Shown here: positions 15,270 to 23,523 of the stretch, in pieces | Numbering within the stretch: position 1 is the stretch's first letter | Layout: each line of letters begins with the position of its first letter | IMG/VR virus record: IMGVR_UViG_3300045988_069092 | Source of the DNA: a virus | DNA: 48,416 nt | Direction: 5' to 3' (one strand) | The notes under the pieces: generated by a model | Seen by the model: the letters and a program-made list of their open reading frames with translations, nothing else | Databases searched by the model: none | Told to the model about the DNA's origin: nothing | Position numbers and translations under genes: made by a program

Positions 15270-15471
15270 ACCATTTCCTCCTACTCCGCAAAGCCCTGCG
15301 TAAAGCCCGCTCCCTCTGCGTGTAAAGGCCATTCATGGTTTCACGCCACTTGCGCTCCTTCTCCTTGAGCTTTTCATATTCTTGCTTCTCAGACAGGTAT
15401 TGGGCGCAAGTGGCATGACAACCAGCATGGCGTTTGGGTGCTACACAGTCCTTGCAACACTTGATTGCCAC
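15202..15471 (-). CDS. Cys-rich small protein
   Basis: CCKDC...HAGCHATC pattern. GTG start with a weak SD. The 3' extent is uncertain because it overlaps the next gene. Confidence 0.4.
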   Translation of the reverse strand: MAIKCCKDCVAPKRHAGCHATCAQYLSEKQEYEKLKEKERKWRETMNGLYTQRERALRRALRSRRKWYGDCKGRYGESEALPRPGSNHS

Positions 15472-15474
15472 GAA

Positions 15475-16020
15475 TTACAGACCGCCGAGCAGAGCGTCAA
15501 GGTCAAGCCCTTTTGCCGCAGGAGCGGGAGCGGCGGGGGGGGGGGGGGGGGCGGCGGGAGCCGGGGCGGTAGCAGGTTTCGCAGTGGCGGGAGCGGCTTC
15601 GTTCATGCCGAGCGTCAGCGCACGGGCAACCGGCTCAGTGTCGAAGTACTCTGCCGGGGACTTCTCGCCGAGGTTGGCGAAAGTGACCATCTTGTTCGGG
15701 TCTTTGTTGGAAGGGAGCTTGGTGTGTACCACCTCAGCACAGATGAAGTGGTCGATAAGCTCTGCCGGGTCGATGTCCTCCAAGGTGTAGTCACCCATCA
15801 CGGTCTTGGCGAAGTAGGAAAAGGCGTTCAGAGCCTTTTCGTTCAGCTCGTCATTGTTGTCCTTGATGGAGAATCGCTCGATGTGGGTCATGCCAGCGGC
15901 GTTCACCAGCTTGACCTCAATCTTGCCAAACTCCTCGTCATAGGTAGCGGCATACACACGGAACACATAGGTTCCTTCGGGAATGAGAGTGAAACCACTC
16001 GTCATAGGGATTCGTGCCAT
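15475..16020 (-). CDS. DUF669-like protein, candidate ssDNA-binding protein, with an Ala/Pro-rich linker and a DLDALLGGL tail
   Basis: N-terminal FTLIPEGTYVF pattern. Position is inside the recombination/replication module. AAGGAGG lies upstream. Confidence 0.5.
   Translation of the reverse strand: MARIPMTSGFTLIPEGTYVFRVYAATYDEEFGKIEVKLVNAAGMTHIERFSIKDNNDELNEKALNAFSYFAKTVMGDYTLEDIDPAELIDHFICAEVVHTKLPSNKDPNKMVTFANLGEKSPAEYFDTEPVARALTLGMNEAAPATAKPATAPAPAAPPPPPAAPAPAAKGLDLDALLGGL
15535..15551. repeat. Homopolymer of about 17 G (C17 on the coding strand) inside the SSB-like gene
   Basis: Counted directly from the sequence. It encodes the PPPPP stretch. Confidence 0.85.
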
Positions 16021-16034
16021 TGTCTTTGTCCTCC

Positions 16035-16136
16035 TTATTTCTTCTTTGCGCTCACATACATGGCGTAGCCCACAATCAGAATCAGCTCAACCAGAATGGT
16101 AGAAACCACGCCAGCCACAAACGGGTCGATATACAT
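16035..16136 (-). CDS. Possible 33-aa single-pass membrane peptide (MYIDPFVAGVVSTILVELILIVGYAMYVSAKKK)
   Basis: Hand-translated. GAGGTGA lies 5 nt upstream. It exactly fills the gap between two genes. Confidence 0.4.
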   Translation of the reverse strand: MYIDPFVAGVVSTILVELILIVGYAMYVSAKKK

Positions 16137-16146
16137 GGTCTTCACC

Positions 16147-16617
16147 TCACTCCTCGTAATCGGTCGGGAAAATCAGGCCGATTACTTCCTCGTCATGGAG
16201 CAGATCTGCGAGGTGCTTGATAACCAGAGCCTTGCCCTCGCTGGTCTCAGTCTTGGTGTCGAACTGAGCGTACATTTCGACAGTGTCACTGCGCTCAATG
16301 AGGGCGTAGGAGCCGTTGTCAATGGCAACCTTGCTCAGTCTGTCCTCGGTCTCGTAAATGCGAACGCAGTCCTTAATGACCCCATCGGCATACGGCATGA
16401 CAGCTCTGGTGAGGTCGCAGGGATTGGTGAAGCTGTCGTAGTTGATGATGTTCTCCACGAAATCGGGCATGTCGGCAATGTCAGCGCAGGTGACGCTACA
16501 GATGTCCTCCGGGATTTTCATGAACACTCGCTCGGAAGCAAGCCACTGTTCACCGTTCTTGCGATTGTACACGATACCGTCAGACCCAAGAGCCTTTACG
16601 AATTTCTGAAACTTCAT
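16147..16617 (-). CDS. Hypothetical protein
   Basis: AAGGAGG lies 6 nt upstream of the ATG. Confidence 0.6.
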   Translation of the reverse strand: MKFQKFVKALGSDGIVYNRKNGEQWLASERVFMKIPEDICSVTCADIADMPDFVENIINYDSFTNPCDLTRAVMPYADGVIKDCVRIYETEDRLSKVAIDNGSYALIERSDTVEMYAQFDTKTETSEGKALVIKHLADLLHDEEVIGLIFPTDYEE

Positions 16618-16628
16618 GATAGTCCTCC

Positions 16629-17651
16629 TTATTTCACAGTTATGCGGTACTGCTCAGACTTCTTCTGGTACTTCTCAAGCAGACCGTCAGCTTCCAGAGC
16701 TTTCTTGTCGATGGTGGTGGTCTCCGAACGAGATACCGTCCAAGTGTAGGTCGAACCCTTGATTTCGACCTTCTTGTCACCGTCACGGAACTGCGTCATG
16801 GCGTGTTCCTTGATGATGTCGGAAATCTCTTTCAGCCGCTTCTCCTTGTCGGCGATTGCGGCGGTGGTCGTATCGACCTCCTTCTTGAGACCTTCGGCTT
16901 CCTTAATGAGAGCGTCAATGTCGGTGTCCGGGGTGAGATTGTGGGTGCGCAGAGCCGCCAGAATCTCAGCGTCCTTCTTCTCGTCATAGACCGGGGAGAT
17001 ACCACCCGTCACATACTCGCCCCACCAAGACTTCACCTCAGCGACCATGCGCTCGAAGTCCGGGTAACGCTCACTGACCTTGAACTCCACCGTGATGGTG
17101 TTCTTGATGTTGGGGACGAACTTGGACGGGTCTTCGTAGTCCTTCTCCTCAAGGAAGGAAGCGACCATAATGACATTGTCCACACCGAGCAGGTAGGCGT
17201 AGAGAGCCGCCTGTAATGCGTAGTACTCAGGAGCGTCATTCTGCCAGTCCTCGATACGCTTGGTGGTCTTCATTTCGAGTACGGTGTCCACCGTGCCGTT
17301 CTCGTCCACACCGAGGTAGTCCCACATGCCGCCGAAGTGGGGGTTCTCCGGGAAGAAATCGCCCCAAGTCTTGTTGAAGTAGTCCTGCCCGTAGCGGTCG
17401 GTGGGAGTAATCAAGTCCATACCGTAGGACTTCTTCATATACTCGGCCTGTTTCGGCTCGATGGTCTTACCGGCAATGGTGTAGATGGTGTCCTCGAAGG
17501 GCTTCTCGTAGGTCTTGGTGATAGCGCACCACATTTCAAACGGGGTAGACCAAGGGTTCAGGCCGAGAATGGTGGCAAAGCGTGTGCCGGTGACTTTCTT
17601 GGTGCGCTTGGGCGGCGTAATCTGAATCTGCTTGGAGTCAAGCCACTTCAT
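16629..17651 (-). CDS. YqaJ-like (lambda Exo-type) recombination exonuclease with a C-terminal coiled-coil extension
   Basis: TGTRFATILGLNPWSTPFEMW and downstream PD-(D/E)XK-like motifs. Confidence 0.8.
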   Translation of the reverse strand: MKWLDSKQIQITPPKRTKKVTGTRFATILGLNPWSTPFEMWCAITKTYEKPFEDTIYTIAGKTIEPKQAEYMKKSYGMDLITPTDRYGQDYFNKTWGDFFPENPHFGGMWDYLGVDENGTVDTVLEMKTTKRIEDWQNDAPEYYALQAALYAYLLGVDNVIMVASFLEEKDYEDPSKFVPNIKNTITVEFKVSERYPDFERMVAEVKSWWGEYVTGGISPVYDEKKDAEILAALRTHNLTPDTDIDALIKEAEGLKKEVDTTTAAIADKEKRLKEISDIIKEHAMTQFRDGDKKVEIKGSTYTWTVSRSETTTIDKKALEADGLLEKYQKKSEQYRITVK

Positions 17652-18361
17652 CACTCATTTCCTCCTTCCAGCATGGCGGTGATTCGGGTAATCAGGGCTT
17701 CGCAGTCGGACTTGCTGATTTCGGTGAACCCCTTGGTCTGCACCGCAATCTGAGCAATCAGCTCCTCCTTGGTGGGGTCGCTGTCCTTGAGCTTCTTGAG
17801 GACGCTCTTGAGACCCTTAATCTGCAAGGTGGTGGCATTGTCAGCCGGTGCGGTCAGCTCCTCCTTGACCTCCTGACGCTGTTGGGGAGTAGCGGGAGCC
17901 TTGGGAGCGGCGGGGGCGGGAGCGGTGTCAGCAGGGACAGGCTTGCCAGCGTTTGCGTCAATGGTGTCGCTCTCGCAGATGTCCAGTGCCATCATGTAGA
18001 GGTAGCGGCGCATGTAGGTGATGGACGAACCGAGAGCTTGCATTTCATTGGTGGCCTGTTTGCCGGTGTTGCTCATGATAGGAGCAATCTGGTTGAAGGG
18101 AGCCACGAACGAAACGGTGTCCTCCGGGTTGTCGGTGTTGATAATCGTCATAGTGCCGGTATCAGCGGTGAAGTTCACCACAGGCACGAGACCGATTGCC
18201 GAGAAGATACGGATTGCCGGGGGAACAATATCGTCCAGCTCGAAGTACTTGAACGACAGGTGCATGTTCTTGCCGGTCTTCTGGACATCGGCGTTGAGGA
18301 ACTGCTCTCTCGCCTTAATGAGTTTCTGATAGACATTCTCGGTTTTAGTGGTCGTTGCCAT
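17651..18361 (-). CDS. ERF-like annealase as a possible independently initiated in-frame product
   Basis: An internal ATG (MATTTKTENVYQKL) is preceded by GGAGG with a 9-nt spacer. It is in the same frame as the polymerase. Confidence 0.5.
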   Translation of the reverse strand: MATTTKTENVYQKLIKAREQFLNADVQKTGKNMHLSFKYFELDDIVPPAIRIFSAIGLVPVVNFTADTGTMTIINTDNPEDTVSFVAPFNQIAPIMSNTGKQATNEMQALGSSITYMRRYLYMMALDICESDTIDANAGKPVPADTAPAPAAPKAPATPQQRQEVKEELTAPADNATTLQIKGLKSVLKKLKDSDPTKEELIAQIAVQTKGFTEISKSDCEALITRITAMLEGGNE

Positions 18362-20164
18362 TGCTTTTGTCCTCCTTGTTGTTTTCTTCTTTTCGGGCTT
18401 GATACCCAAAAAGTCATTGACTCGCTTTCGTGCCATGTCGATGTAGAACTGCTTGTCCACATCGGCAATGGTCAGGTGGTTATCGTTGTCGATGATACAA
18501 TGCTCCGGGAGCATTTCGATTTTGGCGGTAGACTCGTTCTCAGCCTTGACTTTGAACAGCTTCCCGTATCGCTCGTCTGCCGTTGCATATACCCGGTTCA
18601 CTCGCTGTACCGGGACTTGTACGCCATCGACAAGGTGATATGCTTCACGATATTTCGCCCCAGCCTTTGCAATAATCTGGAACTGGAAAATATCGTCACA
18701 GCCATTGATGGTGTCTTCCACGGGTGTACCGTGAACGAAGTACTCTCGGAGAGCGGTCGCAACGATACAGCAGGAATTGTTGATTTTCCAAGCACCCACG
18801 CTGGAAATGCCCTTGACAAGATAGCCGCCCTTTTCTTTGACCTCTCCGCTCGGTTGCACTTCGATGTAGTTGTTCACATCCTTCTGCGCAATCTTCATCA
18901 CGGAGTCTTCTTCCAGCTCAAAGCCGGTGCGCTTCTGCCACTCGTCACAGATTTCGTCCAGCTTTCCGAGGTCGGCTCGATTGCACTCGACCATGATACC
19001 GTCCGTGTTGAGCTGGACGATTTTCAGCCCCGGAATATCAGCGTACAGGTGTTCAGCCAGCTCAAGGAGGAACAACTGCCCGGTGATACACACAGAGCGT
19101 CCCATGAGGGGGTCAAACAGGTCGTTGTACCTGTTGAGCAGTGCGCCGTAGGTCGTGTTCACAACCAGCTTGAGGGCGTTTGCGGTGGCTTTGTCTCCGC
19201 TTGCCTTGGCTTTCATACGGGTTTCCAGCACTTCCTCAAAGACCTGCGCCGAGGGGATGTTGCGGGAGGTGTAACCACACAGCGTCATGAGGTGCGGGTA
19301 GTAACTCGCCACATCCTTGTTGCGGATAACCCGTTCATCGGTCTCCTCGAAGAAGTAGTTCGGGATTGCGGCGTGAATACCACCATATCCCACGACACCG
19401 GGACACTCACCGATGGAGAATGACTGCTTCTCGCTGAACAGCTCCGTGTCCGAGATTGACGGGTCGTACATCTTGTCAAAGAAATCAAAAATCTCCTGCG
19501 GGATGTACTCTCGCTTGAGGTGCGAAGGGTACACATACTTGCGTTCATCGTCATGGGGTTGCTTGGTCGCTTTCAGCAGGGCGGCGGTCAGCTTGGCGTT
19601 GGTCATGCCCATGGCTTTCACATCGTCCAGCCCCGCCAGTTTGCCAATGTGGACTTTGTTCTTGAGATAGTCCTTCCGAAGCTCCACAAGCCGCTCAGTC
19701 GTGTCAACATCGTGCATACAGTACTTGGCGGTCTCTTTCAGCTCGTCTTCGGTCAAAGCCCGGTCGATGTCGAAGGGGACGGTGGACTCCTCAACGGACA
19801 GTCCTAAGTGACCCTCAATGGCCTTGAGGGACAAGCCCATCTGCATATCGTCTTTGATGTCCACATTGTTGAAACGGAAGAAGAAATCCCTCAGGGCGGG
19901 GTATTCCCAACCCTGACCACCTCCAATGAGGTAGTCATTGACCGCTTTCACTTCCTGCGGTACGAAGCCACAGCAGATAGCCTTGATGATGAATTGGTCG
20001 TAGTGCTTGGAGTTGAAGCCCACATAGATGTTGTCCTCAGTAATGCACTGTTTCAGCTCCTCGTTGTCGTTGTGGATGATGGTGTACTTGCCGGTCTCCG
20101 TGTCCTTGAAGACCACAAGCCAGTCTTCGCAGAAGACCTCCACATCGTAGACAATCAGTCTCAC
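17651..20164 (-). CDS. Family B DNA polymerase fused in frame to an ERF-like single-strand annealing domain
   Basis: Exonuclease motifs YDVEV, GFNSKHYDQF and YCMHDV. Polymerase motifs DVASYYPHLM, KLVVNTTYGAL and QLNTDGIMV. Probable GTG start after GGAGGTGAACCA. The C-terminal 236 aa carry GSSITYMRRYLYMMALDI. Confidence 0.75.
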   Translation of the reverse strand: MRLIVYDVEVFCEDWLVVFKDTETGKYTIIHNDNEELKQCITEDNIYVGFNSKHYDQFIIKAICCGFVPQEVKAVNDYLIGGGQGWEYPALRDFFFRFNNVDIKDDMQMGLSLKAIEGHLGLSVEESTVPFDIDRALTEDELKETAKYCMHDVDTTERLVELRKDYLKNKVHIGKLAGLDDVKAMGMTNAKLTAALLKATKQPHDDERKYVYPSHLKREYIPQEIFDFFDKMYDPSISDTELFSEKQSFSIGECPGVVGYGGIHAAIPNYFFEETDERVIRNKDVASYYPHLMTLCGYTSRNIPSAQVFEEVLETRMKAKASGDKATANALKLVVNTTYGALLNRYNDLFDPLMGRSVCITGQLFLLELAEHLYADIPGLKIVQLNTDGIMVECNRADLGKLDEICDEWQKRTGFELEEDSVMKIAQKDVNNYIEVQPSGEVKEKGGYLVKGISSVGAWKINNSCCIVATALREYFVHGTPVEDTINGCDDIFQFQIIAKAGAKYREAYHLVDGVQVPVQRVNRVYATADERYGKLFKVKAENESTAKIEMLPEHCIIDNDNHLTIADVDKQFYIDMARKRVNDFLGIKPEKKKTTRRTKAMATTTKTENVYQKLIKAREQFLNADVQKTGKNMHLSFKYFELDDIVPPAIRIFSAIGLVPVVNFTADTGTMTIINTDNPEDTVSFVAPFNQIAPIMSNTGKQATNEMQALGSSITYMRRYLYMMALDICESDTIDANAGKPVPADTAPAPAAPKAPATPQQRQEVKEELTAPADNATTLQIKGLKSVLKKLKDSDPTKEELIAQIAVQTKGFTEISKSDCEALITRITAMLEGGNE

Positions 20165-20175
20165 TGGTTCACCTC

Positions 20176-21567
20176 CTATTCCACGAAATAACAACCGTTT
20201 TTACGGTAGGTGGTACAACGCTTTTTGTAGGACTTCACGAGGTATGCGACATCGTCAACGAAGTCATAGGCGATAGGTTCTGCCTTGCCATCGAAGACAC
20301 GAGCGATTCTGCCAATGCTCTGCGTCACGACAGCGTAGTCCTTCTGAGGGGTGGTGAGGAACAGCCGCTCCAAGCGGGGTATGTCCAACCCCTCTTTCGC
20401 CAGAGAGTAGGTTGCGAACAGGTACTTTTTCCTACCTGAGCGCATGTCCTCAATGGCTTTCTCTCGCTCCGCTTTGCCCTTCTTCGTTGTCATTTTGCCG
20501 CTCACCATCACAGCGTCCCGTCTCATGTGCGCTGGTAGCCAGTTCATGAGGTGTTCCAAGTGACTGAGCCGGTCGGAGAGAATCAGACAGCTCTTGCCCT
20601 CGTTGAGCTTGATGGTGTTCACAATCACTTCCTCCCGGCGTAGGTTTTCGGTGAGGTAAGTGACCATCTTCATGTAGTTCAGTGTCCCATCGGTGTTCAG
20701 GCAATCTCGGCTAAGTTCCACCCCTGTCGCAACGGGGAGAATACCAACCTTCATGATTTTGTCACCCACCGCCTTGTCAGGAACGGTGTATATAACATGA
20801 CCGAGCAGGGCGTAGGTGGCTTCAATCATGCCGTCAGACCGATGTACCGTTGCCGAGAGACCGATTTTGTGCCGAGCGGACAAACTGTTCAGCACCTTGT
20901 AGAACTGCGTCATGGCGGTCGGTGTCCCGGAACAGCGGTGGCACTCGTCCACGATGATGGTGTCCCACAGGTCTTTGTACTGAGCCAGATTGAGCTTGCA
21001 CATGGTCTGGATGGTGGCAAAGGTGATACCGCTTCCGATATTGACCTTGCCCTCGGTGATGGTTCCGATAACCCGCTTGTCCATGTACAGTTCTGCTCGT
21101 TCTTTGCTCTGCCTGAGCAAGTCCAGCGTGTGAGTCAGCCAAAGGGCTTTCTTCCCAAACCGCTTCACAAGGGCAATGCCCATTTGGGTTTTTCCGCTTC
21201 CTGCGGGGCTTTGCAAAATACCGTACTGTCCAGCCGCCACAGCGTCCACAGCGGCCTTTTGGTAGTCATAGAGGGGAATATCCACCCCTCCATAAGAGAC
21301 CTCCTCAGCGGCCTTAAAATCGCCTATGAAGACAGCGTTCTTTCGGACGGACTCAGGGAGTGACCTCAGCGTTCCGAACGGTAGAACGATACTGGTTCCT
21401 CTCTGCTCGTATAAGCAGAGGGTCTTCGGTGTGTTGCCGAGCCACAAGTTCATGCGGACTTTCTTCTGGTACTCAGGGTTCGCAATCCGCATGTGCTTAC
21501 TGCACCACACGAGCAGTTCTGCCGAGGGGTTGTCGATGGTCAGAGTGTTCGAGACGGTGATTATCAT
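20176..21567 (-). CDS. SF2 (DEAD/DEAH-type) helicase
   Basis: Motifs SPAGSGKTQ, DECHR, LAKEGLDIP and QSIGRIAR. Start refined to MIITVSN, with an ATGA overlap with the upstream gene. Confidence 0.85.
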   Translation of the reverse strand: MIITVSNTLTIDNPSAELLVWCSKHMRIANPEYQKKVRMNLWLGNTPKTLCLYEQRGTSIVLPFGTLRSLPESVRKNAVFIGDFKAAEEVSYGGVDIPLYDYQKAAVDAVAAGQYGILQSPAGSGKTQMGIALVKRFGKKALWLTHTLDLLRQSKERAELYMDKRVIGTITEGKVNIGSGITFATIQTMCKLNLAQYKDLWDTIIVDECHRCSGTPTAMTQFYKVLNSLSARHKIGLSATVHRSDGMIEATYALLGHVIYTVPDKAVGDKIMKVGILPVATGVELSRDCLNTDGTLNYMKMVTYLTENLRREEVIVNTIKLNEGKSCLILSDRLSHLEHLMNWLPAHMRRDAVMVSGKMTTKKGKAEREKAIEDMRSGRKKYLFATYSLAKEGLDIPRLERLFLTTPQKDYAVVTQSIGRIARVFDGKAEPIAYDFVDDVAYLVKSYKKRCTTYRKNGCYFVE

Positions 21568-21959
21568 GCAAACACCACCCACGCTTCCAGTACTCGCCCA
21601 TAGAAGCACATGTCCTTGAAGCTGATACTCGATTGAGTCTTGGACAGGCGTTTCAGCGTGTCATAATCGAGCATGAAGATGTATCCTTCGCACTTGAGGG
21701 CGAACCAGCCAGTTCCGTTCCCGCTTTCCTGCCAAGCTCTCATGGCGGTGTGCTGATTGTCCTCGATACGGGAGAATGGGAATCTCCCTCTCGAACAGAC
21801 TTTGCAGTCAATCAGATAAGACTTGCCGTCTCTGACCGCAATCACATCGGCGGGTTGCCCAGCTTGGTTTTGAGCGAGGTTGTGACACCAGAACCCCTCC
21901 CGAAAGAGGATTTCGCAGAAGACGGACTCGAAGCTATTTCCGAGCTTCTTGTTTGTCAT
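21564..21959 (-). CDS. PD-(D/E)XK nuclease, RecU/Holliday-junction-resolvase-like
   Basis: ADVIAVRDGKSYLIDCK motif. Start refined to MTNKKLG, preceded by GAGGAGG. Confidence 0.6.
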   Translation of the reverse strand: MTNKKLGNSFESVFCEILFREGFWCHNLAQNQAGQPADVIAVRDGKSYLIDCKVCSRGRFPFSRIEDNQHTAMRAWQESGNGTGWFALKCEGYIFMLDYDTLKRLSKTQSSISFKDMCFYGRVLEAWVVFA

Positions 21960-22584
21960 TGCGTAACACCTCCTCGTACTCGTCCATAAGACCGAGAATC
22001 TTGGTGGAATAGGCGGTGCTTGTGACCCCATTCTCCCATGCCTTTTGCGCTCCGTAATTTCCCATGTTGTATGCCATGAGAGCCTTGCCGTAATCACCGT
22101 ACTTCTCAATGTAGCTACCGATGATGGTGATACCGCAGAAAGCGTTCTGGTACGGATTGAGGAAGTCAGCCGTTCTGTACTTCTCCTCAAGCCACTCGTG
22201 GTTTATGGCATTGATTTGCATGAGACCGTAATCGTTGGTGGAGCTTACCACCTCCGGGTTGAATCCGCTCTCATGTTCAATCATGGCGAGAGCCAGTGTC
22301 ACCGGGACACCTTCGTCTGCGCAGATTTCGTAGATGTACCTCTGCAAAGAGTCTGACAGGGGAACATCGAACAGGAACACTTCGGTCTCCTGCGGTAAAC
22401 CGTCCGTCTCGTGAACCGGGACTTCGATGGTTTTAGTGACAGTCACCGTCTTGTGCGGTGTGGTGAGAACTCCAAGCAGATAACCTGCCGCTCCTCCTGC
22501 CAGCACCAGCACGGCAAGGAAGACACCGAGCTTTTTCAGGTTGTACTTGGGTCTCTTTTTGCTTTCTCTACATTGCGTAGCCAT
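21934..22584 (-). CDS. Membrane-anchored lytic transglycosylase (SLT domain)
   Basis: N-terminal TM segment. Motifs EHESGFNP, DYGLMQIN and AYNMG. Confidence 0.85.
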   Translation of the reverse strand: MATQCRESKKRPKYNLKKLGVFLAVLVLAGGAAGYLLGVLTTPHKTVTVTKTIEVPVHETDGLPQETEVFLFDVPLSDSLQRYIYEICADEGVPVTLALAMIEHESGFNPEVVSSTNDYGLMQINAINHEWLEEKYRTADFLNPYQNAFCGITIIGSYIEKYGDYGKALMAYNMGNYGAQKAWENGVTSTAYSTKILGLMDEYEEVLRNDKQEARK

Positions 22585-22671
22585 TTTTGAAAATCCTCCT
22601 CATTTTTCGGGTCTGCATAGAACTTCTCCAAGAGACCCATCAAGGGTCGTGCGAGGTCTGATACTTGGGAG

Positions 22672-22866
22672 TCACTGAGACTCGTATTCAGTGAGGATTT
22701 TGTCACATTCATCCAGAACCACCTTAGCCTTGGGGTAGGTATAGACCCCACGAACAATGCTCGACATTTCGGGTGGCTGAACTGTGATACCTCGCTTACG
22801 CAGTTCAAGAATCAAATCTACCTGCTTAATACCAAGCCGCTTCATTCGCTCCTGAATATGACTCAT
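22672..22866 (-). CDS. Cro-like HTH regulator
   Basis: MSHIQERMKRLGIKQVDLILELRKRG. GAGGAGG lies upstream. The gene is divergent from the CI-like gene. Confidence 0.7.
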   Translation of the reverse strand: MSHIQERMKRLGIKQVDLILELRKRGITVQPPEMSSIVRGVYTYPKAKVVLDECDKILTEYESQ

Positions 22867-22906
22867 GCTTTTACCTCCTCTCATGATTCAGAAAACGAGA
22901 ATTGCC

Positions 22907-22935
22907 TTGACAGTAAGCCGAATTGATGTTATTAT
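22907..22935 (+). promoter_or_regulatory. Rightward sigma-A-type promoter (towards the CI-like gene)
   Basis: TTGACA (22907-22912), a 17-nt spacer, then TATTAT (22930-22935). Confidence 0.6.
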
Positions 22936-23034
22936 TCTTATAGGAGTAATCAAACCTCAACCTCCTCGAAACTGCCACTTTCAAGGGGGTCGGCTTCTTA
23001 TTGTCAATTCGCCATTCCCGAACTTCTTGGTCTT

Positions 23035-23063
23035 ATTATAGTTCTTCTTTTGCGAATTGTCAA
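23035..23063 (-). promoter_or_regulatory. Leftward sigma-A-type promoter (towards cro-like and the early genes)
   Basis: Minus strand reads TTGACA (23058-23063), a 17-nt spacer, then TATAAT (23035-23040). It is flanked by GAATTG-containing half-sites at about 22897, 23010 and 23052. Confidence 0.65.
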
Positions 23064-23112
23064 GGGGGTAATTCAAATAATCCGAATTAAAATTTGCGGA
23101 AGGAGAATTGCA

Positions 23113-23502
23113 ATGTCTTTCAAAGAGAACATCAATCGGATTTGCCTTGAGCGTGGGACAAACCTCACGGCGGTTGTGAAAGAGGTAAAGGGTTCGTCCT
23201 CGTTCACCAGTGCAATCAACAAGGGGTCTCTGCCCAAGGAAGAAGAAATGGTGGCAATGGCTAAAATCCTGCACTGTTCCGTCATTGACTTCTTCATGGA
23301 CGAAGAAGACCTCGCTCCGAAGGACACCCCTCAGAACGAGGACGAAGAAGATTTGCTCAGAATCTACCGTTCGCTTTCCAGACGGAGCAAACACGAGTTC
23401 ATGAGCATGGCCTATGAATATGAGAACCGTGAAGAATTGGAGGGGGATAAAGAAGTTCCTGCGAACGGAGAAGATAGTCCCCATAGAATTGCTCATGCGT
23501 AA
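23113..23502 (+). CDS. CI-like XRE-family repressor
   Basis: N-terminal HTH (INRICLERGTNLTAVVKEVKGSSSFTSAINKG). AAGGAG lies upstream. It is one of only two plus-strand genes. Confidence 0.75.
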   Translation: MSFKENINRICLERGTNLTAVVKEVKGSSSFTSAINKGSLPKEEEMVAMAKILHCSVIDFFMDEEDLAPKDTPQNEDEEDLLRIYRSLSRRSKHEFMSMAYEYENREELEGDKEVPANGEDSPHRIAHA

Positions 23503-23523
23503 AAAGGCGTTGGAGGTGATACT

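Noticed and set aside
22536-22640. 34-aa ORF (MGLLEKFYADPKNEEDFQKWL...) as a frameshifted N-terminal extension of the SLT protein.
   Set aside because: No SD precedes it and no convincing slippery site joins the frames. The SLT gene has its own strong GAGGAGG plus ATG. The evidence is insufficient.
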